A DNA stretch of 63,662 nt, filler included, from Stramenopiles sp. TOSAG23-6 (Eukaryota): the NCBI GenBank assembly GCA_900128565.1. It is 7 parts of 7 records of this genome, joined end to end, with 100 filler letters (N's around TTAATTAATTAA, not from the genome) between each part and the next. Parts side by side here need not be neighbours in the genome. Positions count along the whole stretch, not along the records: positions 24,316 to 36,370 come from LT636222.1; positions 36,471 to 48,521 come from LT636223.1; 5 more parts are not named here. One strand, 5' to 3'. Both the position numbers and the translations under genes were made by a program. The notes under the pieces are model-generated. The model saw nothing but the letters and a program-made list of their open reading frames with translations. It did not search any database and was not told the DNA's origin. Below are positions 24,528-36,856 of the stretch, piece after piece. The first letter of the stretch is position 1. Every line of letters begins with the position of its first letter.

Positions 24528-25658
24528 TTTTTTACCTAAAAATTTTTTTTTGTACCTAACAATATTTTTTTAAGATTGTATATTTTTCCATACTACATGT
24601 ACAATCTGTTTCAAGAGCTCTGACTATACCTATATTTGTAAAGATACGAATTCTACCAAATATCCGAGATAGTATTGCATTAGCACAAATGTTGGAACAT
24701 GCAGGTGCTAGTGTGATTACTGTTCATGTATGTTTTATTTTTTTTTTTTTTTACTATGAATTTTTTTTTTTGAAAATATTGTACCTAACAAATTTAAGTT
24801 TTTTTTTTTGAAATATTTTTCCAAAATACATGGTCGGATTTTACGACCTGGAAAGGGAGGTAAAAAAGGTGGTGATATCGCTGCAGATTGGTATGCTATA
24901 AAACGAATTCGTGAATCGGTTGATATACCAGTGATATCTAATGGCAATGTTCGGTCATTGGATGATGCGTTAGCTAGTATTGATTATACAGGATGTCATG
25001 GGTGCATGTCTGCATGTGGTCTCTTGGCCAATCCAGCTATATTTTCAGAAAAAAACACGAATATAACAAATATAACAAATATAAAAAATACAACAAATAT
25101 AAAAAGAATACATTCAAAATTGGAATATACAATACCAACTGAGATATCTGGAGTTCCCATTTTGCCATTAAAAGAACGTTTATCATTATGTATAAGATGT
25201 ATGTTTTATTTTTTTTTATTTGAAGTTTTTTTTCTTACGAAATTTTGTACCTAACAATTTTTTTTTTTGAAATATTTTTTCAAAATACATACTTAATCCT
25301 ATGTAAAAAATATCCAGATGATGCTGATAAACGTTGTATTAGTAAACATTTATTTGCGATAATGAAGAATAGACAATGTACCACAAATAAATCTTGTGAA
25401 GTTGATGAAGATGATGATTGTACGTCGACAAGAAATAATTTTATATATATTTTTGATACAATTCATTCTAGTATACATCAATTCCAAAACAAAAAGAATC
25501 CAAAAGAGGACAAAAAAGGACAAAACAAAAACGAAATTCCAGAAGCAAATCAGTGGGAATCATCATTAGGTAGTAGCAATAGTTGTATGTCGATTGGTTT
25601 TCAATCAGATTTGATACATTTACAGAAAATATTTGAGAATTTTTTGAGTGAACTGTGA
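24367..25658 (+). CDS. tRNA-dihydrouridine synthase (DUS1-like), 5'-truncated (introns 24468-24598, 24728-24831, 25199-25290; all GT-AT)
   Basis: LNVGCPQ, GAYLM, VKIR, TVH|GR, ADW, IPVISNGNV motifs. Confidence 0.9.
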
Positions 25659-25803
25659 AAATATTTTATATAAATTCCAAATGTAAAGTTTTACTTGTTT
25701 TTTTTACATCAATAATATAATACTTTTCACGATTCATTACACATTGTCAATCCAAAAATCTAAACGGACTTATATGTTTAAGGCTTTAAGATGACTGATA
25801 TTT

Positions 25804-26409
25804 TTAAGGCTTTGATATTGGCGTTTTTGAATAAATTGCAACAAATGGGAGGTCGCGATAACACTGATCCAAATCCAAGCCATATCCAACAACAAATTTG
25901 TTAGGAATAGAATAACCAACATAATCAGCTTCAATCTCATGGGCTCTACGTTCTTTTTTATCCAACATGACTGCTATCTGAAAGGATGCTGGATTCTTTG
26001 CAGCTAAGTGTTTCTTGCACCAAAGTAAAGTTCCACCAGTATCAAGAATATCATCAACCACAAGTACATGCTGACCTTCGGGGTTCAATTGCATATCACA
26101 ACGAAAGTTGAGCTCCCCAGTGCTTTCGGTTCCAGCATAACTATGAACCGCAATGTAATCCAACTTTATAGGAACAGTAATGTGAGAGACTAAATTTGTC
26201 ATGAATGGAATTGCACCATTTAAAAGCCCTACAACAATCAAATATTCGCCTTCTTTAAGAATAGTTCTGTATTTTTCTGATATCTGTTCTGCCATTGTAC
26301 GCGCACACTGATTTATCTCTGACTCAGTATACATTATCTCCGATATATGCGACTGATGAAGTGGGGATACACGATTCATCAACTGCTTAATTTCTGCATT
26401 TCGGTCCAT
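25804..26409 (-). CDS. HPRT: Hypoxanthine-guanine phosphoribosyltransferase
   Basis: VLVVDDILDTGGTL PRPP-binding motif, FVVGYGLD..YRDLP; intronless. Confidence 0.93.
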   Translation of the reverse strand: MDRNAEIKQLMNRVSPLHQSHISEIMYTESEINQCARTMAEQISEKYRTILKEGEYLIVVGLLNGAIPFMTNLVSHITVPIKLDYIAVHSYAGTESTGELNFRCDMQLNPEGQHVLVVDDILDTGGTLLWCKKHLAAKNPASFQIAVMLDKKERRAHEIEADYVGYSIPNKFVVGYGLDLDQCYRDLPFVAIYSKTPISKP

Positions 26410-26751
26410 GACGTTATCAGTAAATGATGACAATGTAAAATTACAATGGCAAATGTATTAGTACGTACTCGTACTCAAGAATTCGGGTCAACAACAACAC
26501 GTCGTCCGTTGATTATTATATCAATTATTGACTGAAGTTCAGTGCACGAAATAATTATTCTATATAAATACCCGGTACCCCACACTTTTACGAAGTGAAT
26601 TCGGTTACGAAAAAGTGGAAAAAGAAGAAGAATGTTTCAAAAATTTTGATCCCCAAGAAGAAGAATCAAAAATACCGAAACGACACTTTTTGAAACGGAG
26701 AAGTAACTAAAAAAAGCTTCTGCAATTCTCAAATTCACCAGCAGCACATAC

Positions 26752-27219
26752 ATGACTCGAGTTTTATTGATAATGTTTCGTCTAGCAGTGGTATTAAGTT
26801 TAATGTCCAGTTGTCTAGCGGTAAAAAATTTGAGGAGTGGAAGAAAGAGGATTGAAAAGACAGTTTTGGATAAGGAGACCGCGATGGTGGAAGATCCTAC
26901 TATCACTTCTCCATGTGCAGCAGAATCTGCTGAAAGAGAATCAGATCCTCCAACAGATCGACCAATGTATACGCGCGTTAAAATTGGCAATAATCCAACT
27001 TATGCTGTCTCACCCTGTAGTGTTTCTAGTAAAAAGATTGAGAGTGAGACGGCTAGTAACACAAAGGTTACGGTAAATAACACAAAGGTTACGGTAAATA
27101 AATCCAACAATAAAGACACGGTAAAGAATACCAACGATAAAAATAAAGTAAAGAATTCCAATGAGGTTCAGTCGAAAGAAACATCCGTTCCTCAGCCGTC
27201 GCAAAGTGTCAGTAAATGA
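26752..27219 (+). CDS. Small secreted hypothetical protein
   Basis: Signal-like N-terminus, low-complexity K/N/T tail. Confidence 0.55.
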   Translation: MTRVLLIMFRLAVVLSLMSSCLAVKNLRSGRKRIEKTVLDKETAMVEDPTITSPCAAESAERESDPPTDRPMYTRVKIGNNPTYAVSPCSVSSKKIESETASNTKVTVNNTKVTVNKSNNKDTVKNTNDKNKVKNSNEVQSKETSVPQPSQSVSK

Positions 27220-27380
27220 GCGGGTGGATCTCGTGACGAATAGCTGAAAAACATATATAGATTTATTAGTGTTCGCTGGTTAAAGAAGAAGAAAAAATAA
27301 CAATCGTATATTGTTTCATAGAATTTTTGAAGAAAGTAAATAAAAATTACTTGATATTATAATCTTTATACATAACATAT

Positions 27381-30300
27381 TTAGAAACTGGGGCGATCAC
27401 CCTCCAAACAACTGAGCTCTTCTTCAACAGGCCATGGAGCAAAATTTCGTATTGCCGTACATACTGCTGAAAATGTTGTTCTTTTGTTTTTTTCAATCAT
27501 TTTGTTGATATTTTTATCATCAGAACAAATTTGGGAATTACGATACAGGCGTAAGTATCCAATACCTGGACACTGAACAAGACGGTCTCTTCTATTCCAG
27601 TCAATAAATTTTTCACAAGTGACAGGAAATTGCCGAGTACCTTCTGGGAATCTCCAGTTATGAAACTTTGCTAGTTTAAAGCATTTCGTGATTTCTTCAT
27701 TGAGAAAGTGTAGAGTATCTATATGTTTCGGAATTTCAATAATGACATATGCCAGACGAACCCATTCACCACAAAATGCAAGTTTAAGTTTCATTCTACG
27801 ACACATTAGCTGTAATAATAAAAGAAATCTCTCATAACGGTTATCTAAACCATTCGCTGTTTCTGAAGGCCACCTTATTTGAATTTCTAGTACTTCAGAA
27901 AGGGCTGCATGCTCCATCACAAGACGCAATCTTTTTGAAGTTGTGTGAAATAAAACTGCTCCAAATTGGAGAACACCGAAACTAGCAATTCTCAACTTTC
28001 GTGAGGCCTCGATCGCTTTAGTTTGTCCTTTTGATATTCTATTTTCAACGGTACTATTACTACTATTACTATATTCAACTTTTGTTGCATCATCTGTCTT
28101 TGTTTTGCTGTTTTTTATGCTATTTTCTGATGAAGTTTGAATGAGAGATTCTAGCAGTTGATACAATCCACTAAGTCGCTTTCTTTCAGAATTATTTGCA
28201 GCAACTTCAAAATTACTTATATGGTAATGATTCGAATTATTTTCAAGTATTTCAGAGTCATTACAAACTAGATTTTCCTCCTGCAAAGTTTCGCTTGTTT
28301 TCACAGAAATTTCTGCTACTTCCGGTGGTTTTGGTGGCATCAATGATGTTTGCTGTGTAACTTCTATATTCGCTGCTACTGTTTCGGTTATATTTGAATG
28401 AGTAGAATGTACAATTGTCTTAGATACAGATTCATTTAAAATCTTTGTATTTTCTTCACTAAACTTCTCGTGATTTATCACATCGGCAGATGTATTTACT
28501 GCGTTTCGTTCTTCCAACACTAAGTTTGTTGGTGCAAGCGTTGCAGTTACAACTGCGGCATTAGCCAAAGCTCTAGCTTTCGCTTCATCCTCGGTTGGTT
28601 CCATATTCTCTAGAGGCTCCCATCTACGTCGTTTGTGGACAGGAAGACAGGTATCCTCCCCAGTTTCACTAAAATCATTATTTGTAACTGGTCGCGCATT
28701 CTTACGAGTTGTCGAATTCGGCAATTTATCTGAAGGGCTATCTGATTGATCTAAGGATGTATGACCCATTGTATCAGTCATTGTTGGCAGTATAATTTCC
28801 TCGCGTACATCGATTCCAACTTCAGCTGGATCTACACCAGAGGCTATAAGTCTTCTCAAATTCGCCTTTGTCAATTGTAAAACTGACAAACACATTGTGA
28901 GGTATGGTTCTTTTCCCTCTCGAGCTCGGGGTAACAAGAGTTCGAGCAGTTTTTTTTGTAAACCAAATGCAAGAGATGACACTTCGATACAAAATGGAAC
29001 TTCTAAATCTAAATCGGCCTCGACTTGATATCGAGCAAATGATTCTATTTTAACTTTCATTTCTCTCTTTCTTCTTGAATCTTTATACAGCTCGCTTCTA
29101 CCTAATTTAATATCTGATTCATCACCTAAATTTTCAGTATTATTTACTTCTTTACACAAACTTGGAAGACTACTACTATTCAGACCTAATCCTGAACTAA
29201 GTCCCCATCCAAATTTCGGTATGTTTTCTGAAGAAGTCGGTGAAAACTCCTTAGTGCTACTATTTTCAACTGGTAGAGAAGACTCAAAAGAATAATCGCG
29301 TAGCTCGCGGAGGCACATGTTTCCCATATCGGCTAAACAAACAAGCACTAAATTAGCAACACGAATTTCAGCAGATATATTTTCCGCGATTGGTGTCTTA
29401 GTCTTTTCTATTACACGTTTTGTTTCTCCTGTATTGTTTGTAGTGATATTACTGGTTTTTATGTTTTCGAAATTAGGAGAAGTATGCGACAACTTCATAG
29501 GAATAGATCCAATGACCCGTCGATACCAATGTGAGCACATAGATTCTTGAACAACAAAAGGACTAACCCAAACGCATAATGCACCACGATTACAACCAGG
29601 GCTTCTAACACAAAGCTTTAAAGTGCGAACTCCAACAACAGGAACAACAACTTCACCCGTCGCAGCTGCTTTTCGAGACACATTTGTATCGCTAATTTTG
29701 TTCTTGTTACTCCAAAGAAGTTCTCCATCACCCCAGACTTCAAAAAATACGATGGGAAGCTTACCACTCTCTAAACCAACTCGACCACCAAGTACTTTCT
29801 CTGCTGAATCGTCAAGAGCATATTTGGAATGAAATTCTTCAAAGCGTCGAGAAAGATTATACTCCACTGACGCGGTTCCGCCTGCCGAAGGTAGCATCGA
29901 TAATGCAGTCTCACATGCATTACCATTAATTCGAACTAATGCTTCCCAATTATTTTGGGGTTGGGGTATAGTAGCAATAGGCGACGAAGGAGCATCTTTT
30001 GCATATGGAATTGTCTTTCCCTCAAAAGATAAATTTGTGACTAAACTACCATCTGGTGAAGACGAACGAATGAGCGAAGATGCTCTAACAAAAGTGCCAC
30101 TTTCAGGCCTTTCTAGTTGTGAACTTAGAGAAGTATGTGCGCTACTATTTGATGTTGGTGTATTTATTGTTTTTGAATATCCAAGATTTGACTTTATGAC
30201 TGCATTCTTAACAATAGTATTCGAAGTCTTAGATTCTTCAACTTCACTCATTTCTGGGGGAACAGCACCATGCAATAACTCAGCTAGCGCGATTGAAATA

Positions 30301-33069
30301 TCTTCACTATTTTCAGAGCAATTTTTTTTAGGTGCAATAATATGCGAAAAAGCAAGCGATGCACCATAATTGTGCCCCATCTTGCCACCTAGACCCAATT
30401 TGGTTCCTGGGGCAACATTTACACCTATTGGTTTCAATGATGATAAATATACGGGAGGTATCGCACCGGAGCCTTCAACTTTTAATATTTTAACACTACG
30501 ACTACTGCCATAAAAACATACGGCGGGAAATACTTCTCCAAAATCAGACATGTTTGTAAAAGCAATACCTTGATCTTCATCATTAACAAAGTACCTCATT
30601 GTCCCAGCCTCCATATCTAACTGTATCTTGATGATATCATCTTTGTAAATTCGTTTACATTTACGACCGTGGGCAACTCCTCTACAATATAATTGTCCAT
30701 TATATGCGCGATACATCCAAAGATCAGGAGATCTCTCGTAACCATGATTAGTGACAGGTTTTGTTGCTGCTCCAAAGCATGTACATTGAGATGTTGTGTC
30801 CTCTGTTAATTGCATCTCCCACGTTGCACTTCCACTACTGAACCCTATATTGAATAAAACGGAACAATAACTGCCAGTAGTGCAGCGGACAACTGTAGAA
30901 TTTTCAGATAAAATTAAACCTGGATGACTCAAAGACTTTGAATCAAATTTAGCAGAGCTTATGAGACCAGAAGAAGAATGATTTGCACCCCGTTTGCGTT
31001 GTGCTGCTTCAAAGATTTGAAGTTGACGAAATTGCTCCTCGGCGTACACTCCAAGCTCACCAATAAACTTACGCGCACTGCTATCTTTAAATACACCATT
31101 AGTTTTTTCGTAGTATTTCGCAGCCCAACCTACATGTTCCTTTAATTTTGATGATTGGCCACTTTTATCTTCTTTTATTATTGAATTACTATTTGAGTCA
31201 GCTTCAACAAGTGTAATCAAAAGTCTCAGTATAGTGACAAATGATCCAGATGCAATAGCTAAATTTGAAAGACATGTTAGCGCTGCATCTTGTATATCCG
31301 AATTTAAATGTGTCGAAAATGCTGACATCCATCGGCGCAGAGACTTCAGAGTCGTGATACTACCATGATTATTTTGTTGCATAGTTGATAGTTCAGTAGT
31401 GAAATCTGTTGCACCACTCATTGTTTCTGTATCATATTTTTCAAATTCATCCGCAGAATTTTCACCTGGTACTTTTTGCAACGAGTGATCATGTTGGCTC
31501 AAAATATGACGCAGGATATCAGACTTACTTGGAGGTAACGGTCGTCTTCTCAGCTCTATATATTTAATTGCATAATATCCATCTATATTGTCAGGGGCGA
31601 ATCCTTTAAAATAAATTCGAAAATGTGTGACTGTTTGTGGTTCTCTTAGATGTGTAGGTACTATTTGATATTCGGTGCTTTCTTTAACATTCCGTCCAGC
31701 ATCAGAAATATTTACATTTTCATTTTTTGCTTTGCTATGAAACTTTTTAAGTGTACTTCGGCTATTTTTTTCTAATCGAGGCATATACAAACGAAAGGGC
31801 TCTTCTCGTTTTGTTTTTAATTCCTGTAGAGTGATACAACGTATTGGGGTCCACACCTTTCTACCTGTTGAAACTTCACATATAATTTGTTGGGGTAACC
31901 ATTTAGTCTCCCAAGTAAAAGAAACTGAAGTTAATACGCATGGATTTCCTAAAAATGCACCCCAGAAACAACGACCTGATGGTTTGGATGAAGACCTCCA
32001 CATACCAGAACTAGCAACAGCATTTCCAGATGCGTTTGATGGACTATGTGTGTGAGATGCAAACGTACATTGTTGCAAAATAGGAATAACTTCGTCTACT
32101 GGTTCAATTGGAGGGACCCAACCACTAAATAAACCTAGAGGGCTGATTTTTTCAAGGACGCTTCCTGCAGAATCCAAGGTTGGCTTGAGCGCGTTGCTAT
32201 CATCACATTTTTCTATACAAATATTGTCTACTAAAGTACCTAAGAATTCAAGACCGATTTCCCGTACTTGAACGCTACGAGACGCCTGTTGAAGTCTTCT
32301 AGTTACGTATAGTGTTGCCTCTTCTCGATTAGAATTCATTTTTATACACAAATCCTGTAGATTTGAAGCTAACGCAGCATGACCATAATTAACAGCAACG
32401 TTAATAGGTGTGTTTTGAGATTTATCACGTAACATTACGTTTGCGCCGTGGAGAACTAGTAACTCTGATTCAGCTGAGCGTCCATTTGCACAAGCAACAT
32501 GCAATGCTGTTGAGCCGTTCGGCATTGAGGAGCGCATATGTGTTGTGAAAAATATTTTACATATAAATTCGTTAGGTACCGAAACTCGCACGGAAAAAAA
32601 ATAAATTGGAAATTCAATTTTGAAAACGTACATCTATATCCGCTCCAGCGTTCAACAAAAGCACTACTATGGCACAACGAGGTCCAGAACCAGGACCACA
32701 TGCTGCATGTAGGCATGTCCAGCCTTGAGCTGGTTCACTATCAATATTATTAGGTATTTGCCACTCTGCTTGGGAAATAGGCGAAGTAGGATGCGGCACA
32801 CTTTGAGACTTTATATCGAGGTCATTAGTCACTGAGGTGATTGTATCCGATGTTTCTGTTGTTTGAGAAATTAATTCATCTGCTACATTTGAGCCTGGAG
32901 GCTCAGATGGTGTTCGAACTTGCATCCGAAGTCGACATTCTACAGACTGTTGTAGAAACCTTTTCACACTCTCTAAATCTCCTCGCCGGCATGCTTCAAA
33001 CAAATCAAGCCTATCTTGCCACTTCATACGCTGCTCCTCTGAAAGATTTGTAGATAATATAGGAGCCAT
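27381..33069 (-). CDS. Large ankyrin-repeat + SPRY + NPCBM-like domain protein (intron 32538-32631, GT-AT)
   Basis: GWTCLHAAC, AGADID|MR, GSTALHVAC ankyrin repeats; SPRY (WMYRAYNGQLY, LDMEAGTMRYFVN..QGIAF, FPAVCFY); FEVWGDGELLW NPCBM-like segment. Confidence 0.8.
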
Positions 33070-33636
33070 TATTTAAATATAATGTTTGAATGGAGAATTC
33101 AAAAGGCGTCACGATATAGACAAAATCAAGTCTACACTACAAAGAAGATCTTTTTATTGTTCCTACTATTTTTTTGAATTACGAATGTACTTTTTGAATT
33201 CAATTTTTTACAGTTTCGCGGAAGTTTCGCGGCGCACGAAATCAATCGAAATAATCGAAATCTTGTGGGTGGAAATCGCGTCACTCGCGCCGCTAAATGT
33301 TAGGCACAAAATTTCGTACAAAATGCGCGGGCTGGAGGAAACTGCGGGGAGCGCAATATACATTCGAAGAAGTTAGAGAAAAGAGTGTGTCATTCTTCAA
33401 GATTTCAATTAGATTTCTTCCCCTATCTATCAAGGAGAAGAAACTATAGATTGTTACGACTTGAGCATGTCCAATTTGTATTATTGATTTTCTTTTTCAC
33501 GAAATGGAAATGTATAAAAATAAATTACAATTATGAAAGACATTTATATTGGTTTTATTACAAATCCGATATCAATTTTAGATAATATTCGTCAATTAAT
33601 AGTCAAAATACTGAAGCTTTTATTTCAGTACACATC

Positions 33637-34254
33637 TTATTTGGCTTTTTTGTCGAACTTTTCTTTCGCCTTTTTATAACGCACCAAATCCTTCTTCGCC
33701 TTGGCCTCGTATGGACTTTTCTCGCTGTCGCTCATCTTTCTCCACAATACTCCAAGCTTCGAAATAATTTTCTTATTTGTCGCAGTTTTGTTCGCCGCTT
33801 TTACATTGTCTCTTTGAAGCATGACGAAATACATGTATGCCGAAAGGTTTTTCTTTGGCCCAGGCTTGCGATAGGCGTTGCCATGACTCGTGACAGGAAC
33901 AGGCGCAGGTTTTACATACGTTTTCTTCTCACGTTCGTATCGTTTCTTGTCTTTTTCAGCACGTTTTGCGAAGGGTGCTTTATTGGCAGTAGACATTGAT
34001 CTCCATTGTGCGGCCAATTTGGAAATGAGGGTTTTGTTATCCCAACTTGGGTTTGCCGCTTTAAGGGATGATCTGCGAACCTTTACGAAGTACATGTAAG
34101 CCGATAGAGCTCGTTTTGGTCCATTACGACGGACCTTTGGCGCGCGCTTCCTCTTATCATACGCCTTCTTCGCCGGTCTCTTTTTAGCCTTCACGACCTT
34201 TGCGGTTTTCTTTTTGGTTGCCTTACGCTTTGTGGAAACTTTAGTTCTTGCCAT
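33637..34254 (-). CDS. Tandem HMG-box protein
   Basis: Two boxes: PKRALSAYMYF...W and PKKNLSAYMYF...W; basic N-terminus starting MARTK. Confidence 0.92.
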   Translation of the reverse strand: MARTKVSTKRKATKKKTAKVVKAKKRPAKKAYDKRKRAPKVRRNGPKRALSAYMYFVKVRRSSLKAANPSWDNKTLISKLAAQWRSMSTANKAPFAKRAEKDKKRYEREKKTYVKPAPVPVTSHGNAYRKPGPKKNLSAYMYFVMLQRDNVKAANKTATNKKIISKLGVLWRKMSDSEKSPYEAKAKKDLVRYKKAKEKFDKKAK

Positions 34255-34540
34255 TTTGAAAAATAAATAGTGGATAGAATAATATTTAGCACTCGTTCGA
34301 AACAAAACAAAAAGTTGCGCGCGCATTTTCAAAATTTCAAAAAGCGCGCGCGAATTCTCGAATCCCCCACGAAATCTGGGTGAAATACAATTATTACTTG
34401 TAATTTTAATTACCGGGTAACAAGTAAAAATTTTATCAAAATTTTTTTTATCAAATTTTTATTCTTTTTTTTATTTTACATCCACCTGCATATTAACAAT
34501 TACTTTGGCCTATTTACATAACTACAAGCTACTACACTTA

Positions 34541-35284
34541 CTACATAGTCCTTGCATTTGAAATAGAACCTTCTCGTACCGATGTCACAGGAAAAGACTC
34601 CGTGACGTCAGATATATTATAGTGTCTTACTGAATGGACTTCATAGTTTGACGCCACTGAGGGTTCAGAGTTGACTACACTTGGGGGTAAAGTAGTAGGC
34701 TCTACAATAATAGCTGTATTCATAGGTTCTAAAGGAGTAATGTTTTGAGATTTGAGCGCCGAAATTGGTAGCGTTTCTGTTGGGACTGCAGTGACAAAAG
34801 GTAATGAAGACACAGAAATTCTTGACAATGGGACTGATGAAAAATTATTCCCAGGATTGCCAGTTGTTATTCCCACATTATCTACAGAAGACATATGCTG
34901 CGTTCGATCACTTTTGAAGGCAGATTTCCTTTTACGATACTTGTGACAAAAGAAACCGCCGCCACAACAAAAAATACCTATTACGCAAATAACCACTCCT
35001 AGTATAATATCTCCATCAGAAGATTCAAACAAACAATCTATTGAAGAGTCAAGTTTTTCAGCACCAAAACTAAGATCGTTACAATCACCCCAAAAACCAC
35101 CGAACTCTTCACAGTGGCAAAAACTACCTTTTCTATGGAATTTACTCTGTTCGCACCAAATACAGCCCTCTTTAACACAACTGTGGCAAGACTGTGTCAT
35201 TTCCGACGTCTTTACTGCAGCAACGCACAGATGAGAAACTGAAGCTAAAATGATAAAATTCATGATGTATCGTCGAGTCCGCAT
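34541..35284 (-). CDS. Type I membrane protein with a PSI-like Cys-rich ectodomain
   Basis: Signal peptide, SCHSCVKEGCIWC, TM helix, S/P/T-rich tail. Confidence 0.6.
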   Translation of the reverse strand: MRTRRYIMNFIILASVSHLCVAAVKTSEMTQSCHSCVKEGCIWCEQSKFHRKGSFCHCEEFGGFWGDCNDLSFGAEKLDSSIDCLFESSDGDIILGVVICVIGIFCCGGGFFCHKYRKRKSAFKSDRTQHMSSVDNVGITTGNPGNNFSSVPLSRISVSSLPFVTAVPTETLPISALKSQNITPLEPMNTAIIVEPTTLPPSVVNSEPSVASNYEVHSVRHYNISDVTESFPVTSVREGSISNARTM

Positions 35285-35639
35285 TATATTCAAAGACAGT
35301 ATTAAATTGTTCGTTCGTTAATGTCCAAAAAAAGTACTCTTGTAATCTAGCCGATTCGCAACTGTTTTGTGTTCCAGCAACAAAAGTAAGAGTCCTGCGC
35401 CCTTTGTCTATTCTGGGGATGTATCATTACTTGAGCCAGCTGCGCCTTTCAAAAAAATAGCAAATCGGAAATATTTTTTAATTCTTAAAAAATTCGAGTT
35501 TTTTTTTTTTTCGTGTCGTGTCGATTTTTTTTTTTTTTTGAAGGTCACTTTCACTTTTTAGACAATCATGATGATTTTGAGATTGCTTTGAGATTCTTCT
35601 CTTTTACTATTTACTATGAAATTTTGATTTTCAANTCAT

Positions 35640-36319
35640 ATGGGAATAAAATCGCTTCTTCAAGTGCTTGACTCTGCTTCAGAACGTCGGCATGTAAGTG
35701 AATATGTTAAAACTAAAAGTAGACCAACCCTTGCGGTCGTTGATACTATGTGCTGGTTACATCGTGCATGTTATAGTTGTGCCACAGAACTTGCTCTAGG
35801 TAAACCAACTGACCGATTTGTTCATTATTTTCTTCGTAGGGTGAAATTGTTGCGTTTAGCTGGTGTTGAGTGTGTTATGATTTGTGATGGTGCTAGTCTC
35901 CCTTCAAAGAGGGATACACAAATTGAGCGTCGAAAACTTAAGAGTGAACAACGTTTGAAGGGAATCGCCCTTTTAGAGCAATCCAAGCAAACCAACGATA
36001 ACACAAAAAAGAAAGCTCTTTTGAAATCAGCTTACGAGGCCTTTCAAAAGTCTATTACAATTACTCCGAGAATCCTTAAGACTCTCTTTGATACACTTTC
36101 TGCTCACGGAGTTCGTCATATATGTACGTTTTCATCATGAATTTATTAATTTATTATTTTTTTGGTACGAAATTTTGTACCTAACAAAAAAATCAAATGT
36201 CTGAAATATTTTTTCACATCATATTTGCACCATATGAAGCAGATCCACAGTTGGCGTACCACACTCTCGATATTGTCTCACAACAATGGAAAGCTGATTT
36301 CATTATTACTGAAGACTCA
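35640..36319 (+). CDS. EXO1: Exonuclease 1, N-terminal part (intron 36124-36224, GT-AT; truncated in next intron from 36320)
   Basis: MGIKSLL, DTMCWLHRACYSCA, DGASLPSK, APYEADPQLAY, ITEDS. Confidence 0.92.
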
Positions 36320-36370
36320 GTATGTTTTTTTTTTTTTATTTCGAATTTTTTTTTTTTTGATTTTCGTACG

Positions 36371-36470
36371 NNNNNNNNNNNNNNNNNNNNNNNNNNNNNN
36401 NNNNNNNNNNNNNNTTAATTAATTAANNNNNNNNNNNNNNNNNNNNNNNNNNNNNNNNNNNNNNNNNNNN
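36371..36470. other. Artificial contig spacer
   Basis: N-run with TTAATTAATTAA. Confidence 0.98.
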
Positions 36471-36856
36471 TCTTTTTCGATTCGTCGTCCTTAGACTTTG
36501 CTGGAGCACCAAAACTAAAACCAGGAGTACTACTCTTTTTCGACTCATCATCAGACTTTGCTGGAGCACCAAAACTAAAACCAGGAGTACTACTCTTTTT
36601 CGATTCGTCGTCCTTAGACTTTGCTGGAGCACCAAAACTAAAACCAGGAGTACTACTCTTTTTCGACTCATCATCAGACTTTGCTGGAGCACCAAAACTA
36701 AAACCAGGAGTACTACTCTTTTTCGATTCGTCGTCCTTAGACTTTGCTGGAGCACCAAAACTAAAACCAGGCGTACTACTCTTTTTCGATTCGTCGTCCT
36801 TAGACTTTGCTGGAGCACCAAAACTAAAACCAGGCGTACTACTCTTTTTCGACTCA
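36471..36856 (-). repeat. Coding tandem repeat of 60/63-bp units (ESKKSSTPGFSFGAPAKS(K)DD)
   Basis: About six near-identical units running into the contig end. Confidence 0.9.

Noticed and set aside
36471-36856. CRISPR-like array
   Set aside because: No unique spacers; the units are in-frame FG-nucleoporin repeats
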